From assembly GCA_032654565.1 (NCBI GenBank), contig JAULAX010000015.1, forward strand, positions 224,001 through 288,000: a stretch of 64,000 bases of DNA. Direction: 5' to 3'. Position numbers and translations under genes: made by a program. The notes under the pieces were generated by a model that searched no databases, was not told the origin of the DNA, and worked only from the letters and a program-made list of their open reading frames with translations. This document shows, piece by piece, positions 22,304 through 30,991 of this stretch. Origin of the DNA: Anaeromyxobacteraceae bacterium. GTDB lineage: Bacteria > Myxococcota > Myxococcia > Myxococcales > Anaeromyxobacteraceae. Position 1 is the first letter of the stretch, and the number at the start of each line of letters is the position of its first letter.

Positions 22304-23761
22304 ATGGCCCGCTGGTTCTCGCCCGGACGACCCGTCACCGCCCGGATCAACGGCCGGTCGATCTCGGTCGCGCCGCGCGAGACCCTGCTGCAGGCGGCCC
22401 TGCGCGAGGGGATCCCCTTCCCGCACGGCTGCCGGGTCGGCGGTTGCGCCAGCTGCCGGTGCCGCCTCGTCGAGGGGCGGGTGCGGGAGCTGACCGAGAC
22501 CGCCTACCTGCTCTCCGACCAGGAGCTCGAGCAGGGCTTCATCCTGGCCTGCCAGAGCGTGCCGTCCGGCGACGTCGGCGTCGAGGTCGCGCTGGGCCGG
22601 GCGGACAGGCCCGAGCGCGCGGAGGCGGCGGTCTCCGCGCCGGTGCCGAGCGCGGCGGTGGCCCCGGCGGGACCGCTCCACTACCTGAAGTTCTCCCTCT
22701 TCCACGCCGTCGGCCTCTTCGCCGCCGCCGCGCTGCTGGCCGGCGGCCCCCTGGTCACCGCCGGGCTCCTCCTGGTGCTGGCCTTCTACCTGGTCGGCGA
22801 CGCCATCTGCGGCGACGACACCTCGACGCCGCGCTTCGCCCACCCCGTCATCCTCACCCTACAGCTCTGGCTGGCGCTGCCGCTGCTCGGCCTCATCGTC
22901 TTCGCCGCGCTCCGCGGGGTCGCCGCCGCCACCCCCGGGCAGCTGGTCTCGGCCTGGCTCCTCACCGGGCTGATGATCGGCATGGTCGGCACCATCCCGG
23001 CGCACGAGCTGACCCACCGCACCTGGGATCCGGTCTCCCGCTGCATCGGCCGCTGGCTGCTGGCCTTCAGCTTCGACGCCTCCTTCTCCATCGAGCACGT
23101 CTACGGCCACCACCGCTACGTCTCCACGGCCGAGGACCCGGCCACGGCGCCGCGAGGGCGCAGCGTCTACGCCCACATCGTCGCCTCCACCATCAAGGGC
23201 AACGTCAGCGCCTGGCGCATCGAGCGGCGGCGGCTGGCGCGCCGGGGGCTGCGGCGCTGGGGGTGGCGCAACGCCCTGCTGCGCGGCTACGCCATGAGCC
23301 TGGCCCTGGTGGGGGCCGCCTGGGCGCTGGGCGGGTGGCCGGCCGCCCTCTTCTTCACGCTCTGCGCGGCCTGGGGGAAGGCGCTGCTGGAGATCGTCAA
23401 CTACCTGGAGCACTACGGGCTGGTGCGCGACCCGGCCACGCCGGTGCGGCCGCGCCACTCCTGGAACACCAACCGGCGGCTCAGCTCCTGGAGCCTGTTC
23501 AACCTGACCCGCCACTCGCACCACCACGCCCAGGGCGAGGTGGCCTACCAGGACCTCCGGCCGCTGCCGCGGGCGCCCCTGATGATCAACGGCTACCTGA
23601 CCACCATCGTGGTGGCCCTGGTCCCGCCGCTCTGGCACCGGCTCATGACCCCACGGGTGCTGGCCTGGGATCGCGACCACGCCAGCGCCGGGGAGCTCCG
23701 GCTGGCGGCCGCCGCCAACGCCCGCAGCGGCCTGGCGGGGCTGGTGGGCCAGGGCGGCTGA
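22304..23761 (+). CDS. alkB: 2Fe-2S ferredoxin fused to alkane 1-monooxygenase-like membrane di-iron hydroxylase
   Basis: CRVGGCASC...LACQ ferredoxin motif, then HELTH, EHVYGHH, NYLEHYG and LTRHSHHH His boxes; EDPATA. Confidence 0.85.
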   Translation: MARWFSPGRPVTARINGRSISVAPRETLLQAALREGIPFPHGCRVGGCASCRCRLVEGRVRELTETAYLLSDQELEQGFILACQSVPSGDVGVEVALGRADRPERAEAAVSAPVPSAAVAPAGPLHYLKFSLFHAVGLFAAAALLAGGPLVTAGLLLVLAFYLVGDAICGDDTSTPRFAHPVILTLQLWLALPLLGLIVFAALRGVAAATPGQLVSAWLLTGLMIGMVGTIPAHELTHRTWDPVSRCIGRWLLAFSFDASFSIEHVYGHHRYVSTAEDPATAPRGRSVYAHIVASTIKGNVSAWRIERRRLARRGLRRWGWRNALLRGYAMSLALVGAAWALGGWPAALFFTLCAAWGKALLEIVNYLEHYGLVRDPATPVRPRHSWNTNRRLSSWSLFNLTRHSHHHAQGEVAYQDLRPLPRAPLMINGYLTTIVVALVPPLWHRLMTPRVLAWDRDHASAGELRLAAAANARSGLAGLVGQGG

Positions 23762-23922
23762 GCGGGGTGGGCTCGGCCGAGCACCCCTGGGCGGCCGAGG
23801 GTGAGTCGAGGGGTCCGGTGCACCGGCCGGTCTTCCAGCCCGGGCGAAGGTGGGACGCCGCGTGCTATGGATTTCGGTACCGGTCGGCGCGGGTTTCCCG
23901 GTCCGGAGACTGAGGTGTGGCC

Positions 23923-24840
23923 ATGTCGAACTGGGAAGCCGAGGCGGACCTCCTTCACTCCTGCGGCGCGCGGCACGCGCTGATCCTGTCGCCGACCAGC
24001 TCGGCCCTCGGACAGCTCGCCGAGGCCATGGCGCTGGCCCTGGCGCCGCGCCAGGTCCGCATCTCCTCGGCCGGCCCCGCGCGGGGGCGCGTCGACCCGC
24101 TGGCCAGGCGCGTCCTCGCCGAGCTCTCGGTGGACATCGCCGACCAGCACCCCAAGGGGCTCGACGAGGTGGACACCTCCGACGTGAAGGCGATCCTGGT
24201 GGTGTCGGAGCAGGACCCGACTCCGCCGGCGCTGCGCGACGTGCTCCGGGTCCACTGGCCGCTGCCGGATCCGGCCGCCGGCGGGGGCACCGAGGAGGAG
24301 CGGCTGGCCCGCTACCGCGCCGTCCGCAACGAGCTGCGCCGGCGGCTCATCCGGGTGTTCGCGCGGGAGCTGGTGACCACCGACGAGGCCGAGGGCACCA
24401 CCTCCTCGATCGGTCCCGCCTCGGGCGGCGACCTCGACGCCATCCAGCGGCTGCTGGTGAGCTCGCTGCTGCCGTCGAAGGACGTGGGCGGGGCGCACCA
24501 GCGCTTCATCGTGGCCACCGAGAACGGGCGGCTCATCGGCTGCGCCGGGCTCCAGGTGGCCGGGCAGGACGGCCTGGTCCGCTCCATGGCGGTCCACTGG
24601 ACCCGCCGCAACGCCGGCATGGGCAGCCGGCTGCACGAGCGGCTGCTCTTCGAGGCGCTGCTGGCCGGGGTGCGGACGCTCTACGTGGTCACCACCACGG
24701 CCGAGGACTTCTTCGCCGGCCACGGCTTCAAGAAGATCGCGGCCACCGCCGTGCCGGCCCGGCTGCAGGCCTCGGAGGAGTTCACTGCCTTCGTGCCCGG
24801 CGGCAGCACGGTCATGTCCCGGCCGGTCTCGCCGGGCTGA
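23923..24840 (+). CDS. LMW-PTP/ArsC-like domain fused to ArsN2-like GNAT acetyltransferase
   Basis: N-half SSAG, HPKGL, HWPLPDP, VRNEL; C-half LVRSMAV, RNAGMG, TTTAEDFF, SEEF. Confidence 0.8.
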   Translation: MSNWEAEADLLHSCGARHALILSPTSSALGQLAEAMALALAPRQVRISSAGPARGRVDPLARRVLAELSVDIADQHPKGLDEVDTSDVKAILVVSEQDPTPPALRDVLRVHWPLPDPAAGGGTEEERLARYRAVRNELRRRLIRVFARELVTTDEAEGTTSSIGPASGGDLDAIQRLLVSSLLPSKDVGGAHQRFIVATENGRLIGCAGLQVAGQDGLVRSMAVHWTRRNAGMGSRLHERLLFEALLAGVRTLYVVTTTAEDFFAGHGFKKIAATAVPARLQASEEFTAFVPGGSTVMSRPVSPG

Positions 24841-24873
24841 GCGCGCGACGCCCGTCCCCCGCCGGTCCGCCCC

Positions 24874-25542
24874 TCACCTCGACCGCGCGGCAGGCTCCGG
24901 CGCGAAGAGGGGGCGGGGCGGCTGTCGGAAGCCGCCGTCGAGGACGTTGACGGCGAGCACCGCCAGCCCAACGAAGCCGAGCAGGACGAGGAGCTGGCCC
25001 CTGGAGGTCCGCTGGATCTCCTGCCGATCGGCCGGGGAGCAGACTTCCCCGGGGCAGTGCTGCACCACCCCCTTGTTGAAGAGCGGGTAGATCAGGCAGC
25101 CGATGCAGATGCCGAAGGCGGTCTCGAAGAAGAGGAAGACCAGGCAGACCAGGCAGATGATCCCGGTGATGGGGCCGAAGGTGTTGGCGACCACCTGGAG
25201 GGCGACCATCACCACCGCCAGGGCCAGGCCGATGAACCAGGCGAAGCGCTTCTGCGGGGCCCCCACGTACTCCGGCACCTGGTTGCGCACCAGCAGCCGC
25301 CCGATGATCAGCGACGGGGCGTAGCGCGGGTTGACCAGCACCCGGATGGCGATGTCGGCGAGGAAGAAGGTGGCCGCGTACTTCAACGGCACGAAGTTGC
25401 CGGTGAGGATCACCCGGAGGATGGCGGTGAACATGAGCAGGAAGAGGAGCCCGGCGCCGGCCCGGATCTCCCGCTCGTTGAGGACGGGGATGGCGTACCC
25501 GTCCACCTGCTCGCCAAACTGGAAGACTCGCCTCTCGACCAT
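24874..25542 (-). CDS. DUF4395-like membrane protein
   Basis: VLNEREIRAGAG, QKRFAW.IGL, FETAFGICIGC, CPGEVC. Confidence 0.75.
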   Translation of the reverse strand: MVERRVFQFGEQVDGYAIPVLNEREIRAGAGLLFLLMFTAILRVILTGNFVPLKYAATFFLADIAIRVLVNPRYAPSLIIGRLLVRNQVPEYVGAPQKRFAWFIGLALAVVMVALQVVANTFGPITGIICLVCLVFLFFETAFGICIGCLIYPLFNKGVVQHCPGEVCSPADRQEIQRTSRGQLLVLLGFVGLAVLAVNVLDGGFRQPPRPLFAPEPAARSR

Positions 25543-25746
25543 GTCCTGTTCCTTTCGTCCGGGCCGCGGCCCGGAGGGGTGGGGAACATATACCCCAAGC
25601 CGGGCGGACAATTTGTCCGACTCGAAGGCGGGGTTGTCTCTCCTCCTCGCGCGGAACTAGGCTCGCGGCGACTCAGCGGCGTCCAAGTTCACCAGCAGTT
25701 GATGCGGCCCATGTGGCGCTTCGGGCCGGAGAGAGCGAGGAGAGCG

Positions 25747-28245
25747 ATGCTTCGCACGCCGTCGATGGCTCCAGGTTCCAGGCTGCTGCTCGCGGTCACC
25801 GTCGCGGTCCAGCTGGGCGGCTGCGGCGGCGGGGGTGGCGAGGTGACCCCGCCGCCCCCCGAGGTCTCCGTCCTCGACAAGCTGGGCGTGCCCACCGGGA
25901 CCGAGGCGGCGCGCCCGGACGCGCAGACGCTCCACCCGCTGCAGCGACGGTTCAGCGTCTTCGACAAGAGGAGCGAGCTCTTCATGTCCGGCGTGGTGGC
26001 CTGGGACGCCACCCTGTTCACCGGTCGGTACCTCAACCAGCGCCAGGTCCTGCTCGACGACGCCACCTCGGCCTCGGCGACCACGCCGGCCTACGCCCCC
26101 ATCTTCACCGCCGACGCCAGCCTGGACGGCTGGACCGAGCACGACTCGGCCTCGGTCGCCGCCGACCTCAACGGCGACGGCTTCGAGGAGGTGGTGATCC
26201 TCTACCGCAACACCACCGTCAACCCCGCCAGGGCGTTCCTGCGGGTGATCCGCCGCGCCGCCACCGCCGGCTACGAGCAGTCCGAGGAGTTCGCGCTGGG
26301 CGAGTTCGCCTTCACCACCGGCGCCCCGCTGGGGCCGTTCGCCAACCTGCAGCTGGCCGCCGGCGACATGGACGGCGACGGCGGCGACGAGCTGGCGGCG
26401 GCGCTCGGCAAGACCCTGCTGGTGCTCGACTGGTCCGGCGGCGGCTTCACCACGCTGGCCACGGTGGCCCATCGCCCGGGGGAGACCCGCCCGCAGGTGA
26501 CCACCGTGGCGGTGGGCAACCTCGACCTCGAGCCCAAGGCCGAGCTGGTGGTGGTCAACGGCCTCTACAGCAGCCTCGACGACGCCAACTACTACGTCTA
26601 CTCGCTGGGGCCGAGCGGGCTGACCCTGCGGGCCGGCGGCGACGTCAACCCCATCAAGGAGGCCGAGGACGCCTCCAGCTTCTCCACCGACTACCCGCAG
26701 ATCGCCAAGAACTACGGCTATGCCCGGGTGGCCATCGGCGACCTCGACGGCGACAACCGCAACGAGCTGATCTTCGCGGGCGACGTCTTCAACAACGCGC
26801 TCTCCGTCACCGTGGCCCGGCTGGACCCCGTCAACCGGTCGCTGCAGCGGCTCACCACCAGCCGGTTCCTGATGGGCTGGACGGAGCAGTGGTTGCCTGC
26901 GCTGGCGGTGCTCAACGCCGACGGCTTCGAGGGCGGCCGCAAGAAGGAGCTGCTGGCCTTCAGGTACATCCTCCAGCTGAACGCCGACGGGCGGCTGGTG
27001 CACCGCTGGGGCTCGTCCAACCCCTTCCTCCCGCCCCTGGTCCACCCCACCTACTGGGACAAGGTGGCGGTCGGCGACTTCACCGGGGACGGCCGCGACG
27101 AGGTGGCCTACTTCTACTACTACAACAACCTGCTCTTCATCTTCGGCTACGCCGACGGAGGCTTCCGCGAGCTGAAGCGGATCAACGTGGCCGCCGAGGG
27201 GCACCACACCACGCTCACCGCCGTCAATGTCGACGCCGACTCGCCCATCGTCAAGTACACCGGCGAGTACGAGCTGCTCTGGTCGGCGCCCCAGGTCGTG
27301 GCGGTGCTGGCCGCCCCGCCCTTCTACACCGGCCAGGACGCCGGCCTGGGGAGCACCTCGCTGACCTTCGGGCGGGAGCTGGCCGACGCCGCGACCAACA
27401 CCGTGGGCTTCTACGCCGGCCTCGCCATCGGCTCCAGCGTCGAGACGCCGTTCTGGGGCAGCGCCGGGGCCGCCAAGCTGGCCTTCACCATCGACACCTC
27501 GCTCGACTTCAACTTCACCACCGGCTCGTCCGAGTCGGTGCGGAAGACCTTCGGCAGCCCGGCCACCGAGGACCAGGTGGTCTTCGCCAGCACGCCCATC
27601 GACGTCTACCACTACGAGGTGGTGGTCGCGCCCAGCGGCGGCCCGCCCGGCGAGCGGCTCACGATCCAGCTCCCGCGCACCCCCTGGCTCACCAGCAAGG
27701 AGGTCGGCTGGTACAACTCCAGGGTGGCCGCGGAGTACCGGGTGCCGGCCGAGGTGCTGGGCCACCGCATCGGTGATCCCTGGAGCTACCCGACGCGGGC
27801 CGACATGCTGGCCCTCTTCGCCGACGGGTCGGCGCGGGTCGATCCCGTGGTCGGCGCCTACAGCAGCGTCATCCCCATCCCGCTGGAGGGCGGCTTCCGC
27901 ACCCCGGACCCGTTCATGCTCAACATGGCCCCCGGCGCCGGTGGCTGGCAGGGCATCGAGCTGGGCCGCGGCGCCTCCAGCGGCTTCGGCACCGACTTCA
28001 ACCTGCAGGTGGGCGTGGAGTTCGAGAACGTCGCCAGCGGCGTGCTGGTGGGCGGCAAGGCCGGCTTCCACTACGGCTACTCGCACTCCTTCACCACCAC
28101 CGACAGCACCTCGATCAGCGGCCAGATCCCCAACATCCCCGCCAGCATGGCCGACAAGGCACCCTACTCGGTCGGCCTGTTCGCCTACCCCTACCCCGCC
28201 ACCGGCAGGGGCAAGTACATGGTGGTGAAGTACTGGGTCGAGTAG
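25747..28245 (+). CDS. FG-GAP/VCBS repeat lipoprotein
   Basis: GAGGAG RBS, lipobox LGGC; repeated ADLNGDGFEE, GDMDGDGGDE, GDLDGDNRNE, GDFTGDGRDE. Confidence 0.8.
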   Translation: MLRTPSMAPGSRLLLAVTVAVQLGGCGGGGGEVTPPPPEVSVLDKLGVPTGTEAARPDAQTLHPLQRRFSVFDKRSELFMSGVVAWDATLFTGRYLNQRQVLLDDATSASATTPAYAPIFTADASLDGWTEHDSASVAADLNGDGFEEVVILYRNTTVNPARAFLRVIRRAATAGYEQSEEFALGEFAFTTGAPLGPFANLQLAAGDMDGDGGDELAAALGKTLLVLDWSGGGFTTLATVAHRPGETRPQVTTVAVGNLDLEPKAELVVVNGLYSSLDDANYYVYSLGPSGLTLRAGGDVNPIKEAEDASSFSTDYPQIAKNYGYARVAIGDLDGDNRNELIFAGDVFNNALSVTVARLDPVNRSLQRLTTSRFLMGWTEQWLPALAVLNADGFEGGRKKELLAFRYILQLNADGRLVHRWGSSNPFLPPLVHPTYWDKVAVGDFTGDGRDEVAYFYYYNNLLFIFGYADGGFRELKRINVAAEGHHTTLTAVNVDADSPIVKYTGEYELLWSAPQVVAVLAAPPFYTGQDAGLGSTSLTFGRELADAATNTVGFYAGLAIGSSVETPFWGSAGAAKLAFTIDTSLDFNFTTGSSESVRKTFGSPATEDQVVFASTPIDVYHYEVVVAPSGGPPGERLTIQLPRTPWLTSKEVGWYNSRVAAEYRVPAEVLGHRIGDPWSYPTRADMLALFADGSARVDPVVGAYSSVIPIPLEGGFRTPDPFMLNMAPGAGGWQGIELGRGASSGFGTDFNLQVGVEFENVASGVLVGGKAGFHYGYSHSFTTTDSTSISGQIPNIPASMADKAPYSVGLFAYPYPATGRGKYMVVKYWVE

Positions 28246-28247
28246 CG

Positions 28248-28275
28248 GGGGTGGGGGGGCGGCCCCCCCCACTCC
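28248..28275. terminator. G/C hairpin between convergent genes
   Basis: ggggtggggggg / cccccccactcc inverted repeat filling the gap between two stop codons; no U-tract. Confidence 0.55.
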
Positions 28276-28277
28276 AC

Positions 28278-28889
28278 CTACGGCTTGCCGAAGCGGACCT
28301 TGGCGTCGCGGACGCAGCTGTCCTTGGCCTCGCCGGCCAGCACGTCGCACTTGGCCTTGGCCACCGCGTAGTCGGCGTCGCGCTTCTCCTCGGCCGCGTC
28401 GCGGCGGACCTCGGTCTTGGTGGCGGCCGCCTTGGCGTTGGCGTCCTTGGTCGCCTCGGTGGCCTTGGTGTTGGCCTTGGTGGTCTCCAGGGCGGTCCTG
28501 GCGTCGGCCAGGGCGCGGACCTTGGCGGCCTTGGCCTCCTTCACGCAGACGTCCTTGTCGGTGCCGGCCTTGTCGTCACAGTGCTCGACGGCCACGGCGT
28601 AGTCGGCGTCGGCCCTGGCCTCGCGCACGGCGTGGGTGTGCTTGGACGAGGGCTTGGCGGTCGCGGTCAGCTCGGCCTTGGCCACGTGGGCCTTCCCCTT
28701 GGCGGTGGCGACGCAGATGTCCTTGGTGTTGCCGGCCAGCGAGTCGCAGGCCCCCTTGGCGGCCTTCAGGTCGGCCCCGATGACCTTCTCCTGCGCCTCG
28801 ACCTGCGCCTTGGTGAGTCCCTCGGCCATGGCCACCGAGCCGGTTGCCAGGCCTGCCGCCATCACCACCAGCTTGAACGTGAAGCTCAT
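28278..28889 (-). CDS. Secreted Ala/Lys-rich helical protein with three C-D-x(7)-C repeats
   Basis: Signal peptide ending AMA; CDSLAGNTKDIC, CDDKAGTDKDVC, CDVLAGEAKDSC. Confidence 0.75.
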   Translation of the reverse strand: MSFTFKLVVMAAGLATGSVAMAEGLTKAQVEAQEKVIGADLKAAKGACDSLAGNTKDICVATAKGKAHVAKAELTATAKPSSKHTHAVREARADADYAVAVEHCDDKAGTDKDVCVKEAKAAKVRALADARTALETTKANTKATEATKDANAKAAATKTEVRRDAAEEKRDADYAVAKAKCDVLAGEAKDSCVRDAKVRFGKP

Positions 28890-28921
28890 CGTGTGTTCCC
28901 CCTGTCGCGTGTGATTGGACA

Positions 28922-29146
28922 TCAGCCGACCTTCGGAATGACCAGGTCCTTCTGGACCTTCTGCCAGTCGTAGAGCTGCTTGCCGGCCGCTTCCTTGGTG
29001 ATCCCGTAGAGCTCCTGGATCTTCCCTGCCAGCTGCTCCCGCTTGCCCGCGATCACGGTCAGGTGATCCTCGGTCAGCTTGCCCCACTGCTCCTTGGCGT
29101 GGCCCCGGTAGTGCTCCCAGCGGCCTTCGATTCGATCCCAGTTCAT
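28922..29146 (-). CDS. CsbD/YjbJ family stress protein
   Basis: MNWDRIEGRW...KEQWGKLT.D...GKREQLAGKIQE.YG. Confidence 0.9.
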   Translation of the reverse strand: MNWDRIEGRWEHYRGHAKEQWGKLTEDHLTVIAGKREQLAGKIQELYGITKEAAGKQLYDWQKVQKDLVIPKVG

Positions 29147-29396
29147 CGGCGCTCCCTGTTGGCGATGGTGGTGGTGGCCGATTCACCGGCCGGACTCCGG
29201 CTCCAGCGCTGCACCGACCGTTCCGAAGCCGGCCCCACGCAACCGCCCGCCGTCACTGGGCGGACGGCCGCCGGTCCGGACCCGGGACCCGTCCCGGAGC
29301 GTGCGGCGAACGTTCGAGCGGGCTGGCCGCCCCTCTCTCTCGGCCTGTCTCGGGCGCTCCGCGGCCTCTCCGCGGAGCGCGAGTCAGCGCCCGGGT

Positions 29397-30626
29397 CTAG
29401 AGGATCTGCTTGATGACCAGCGACGCGGAGACCGAGGTGGGGCCTCCGGCCAGCGGCGTGATGGTCAGCGCCGCAGGGTTGTCGGTCGGGTTCCTGACCG
29501 TCAACACCGAGTTGATGACCGAGGTCGACACCAGCACGTGGTTGACGATCTGGGTGGTCGGGGTGGCCCTGCCAGCCACGGTGTCGGCCAGGGCGGCGAC
29601 GCCCGCGCCGCTGTCGAGGCCGAGCATGAGCTGTCCCGCCTCGCTGGCGCTCACCTGCCAGGAGATCTCGTAGACGCCGATGACCGGGAGGACGAACTGG
29701 GTGGCGGAGGCGCGGAGGATGCCGCTGGCGGCGCCCGTCTGCGGGAAGGCCACCGCGGTGCCGGGCGCGACCGTGGCCGCGTTGTCCCCGGGCATGAGTG
29801 CGTAGAAGTAGCCGAAGGCGAGGGCCCCGCCGGCCGGGCCGGTTGCGCCCGTCAGACCGGTGGGGCCGGTCGGGCCGGTGGCGCCCGTCAGGCCGATCGG
29901 GCCGGTCGGGCCGAGGGCGCCCGCGACGCCTGCCGCTCCGACCGCGCCGTTGCAGACGTACTCCGTGCTGGTCGCCAGGGTCCAGCTGATGCCGCCGGTC
30001 GGGCAGTTCACACCCGCAGGTTCAGAGGCGCCCACCACCGAGCTTCCGGCGGGACCGGTGGCGCCGATCGAGCCCTGTGGGCCGGTGAGCCCGATCAGCC
30101 CCTGCGGACCAGTGGGACCGGTCGGTCCCGTCGCCCCGGCCTCGCCGTTGCAGACATAGTCGACGCCGAGCGCGGAGGTGTACTTGGTGCCGCCGGCGGC
30201 GCAGTTGGCTCCCGCCACCTCGACCGCACCGAAGACGGACAGCCCGGCCAGGCCAGCCGCGCCGGTGGCGCCGGCGGGGCCGATCACCCCCTGGGGGCCG
30301 AGGGGGCCGGTGGCGCCTGGCGCTCCCTGCGGGCCGGTCGCGCCGGTCGATCCGGTCAGCCCCTACGGGCCGTCCAGGCCGACTCCACCGGTCAGCCCCA
30401 TGGCGCCGGTGGCGCCGTTGCAGACGAACTCATCTCCGCTCGCCGAGGTGTACTTGACGCCCCCCTGGGCGCAGTTCGCTCCGGGGAGCTCGATGACCGC
30501 GGTCACCGAGACCCCGGGAGGTCCCAGCGTGCAGCAAGCACCGTTGGTTCCATTGGCCCCGTCCTTGCCGCAGGCCGCCATGGTCATCACCAGTGCGACG
30601 CCCAGGAGCCTCGAGATCGTCTTCAT
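29397..30626 (-). pseudogene. Collagen-like lipoprotein with BclA-like C-terminal domain, interrupted by in-frame TAG at 30363-30365
   Basis: ORFs 30363-30626 and 29397-30287 are in the same frame; Gly-X-Y repeats continue across GGC CCG TAG GGG. Lipobox MAAC; three NC..GG..Y...VCNG modules. Confidence 0.8.
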
Positions 30627-30991
30627 GTCATCCCCCTTCAGGTTGGTCCGGCACCAGGCGCACCGGTCCACCGCGCTCGCTCCAGGCAGCGCAGGTGCGA
30701 CAGGCTCGTGGATTCCGCGCCCCCTCCGCGCCGACGACCGGGGGCGCTGGGGTGTAAGTGCACTCTTTATTCCATCCCGGCGGCGACGGGTGATCACGGA
30801 GGAGGAGGCTCGCAGGTGGCGTCTTGACGGGTCGGGGCGACCATCAGCGACCGTCGTCGGTTCCCGGGCAAGCGTTCCCGCAACCGGAACGGGCCGTCCA
30901 CGAACGTTCGCGGACGGGCACGGGCGCCCGGCGTCGCTGCCCCCGCTGCCGGCGCTTCGGAGTCCGGCAGGGCGAGCTCAGCCGGCGCGAG

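Noticed and set aside
30363..30365. Pyrrolysine recoding of the TAG
   Set aside because: No pyl genes or methyltransferase context in the window; the repeat context points to a mutated Gln codon.
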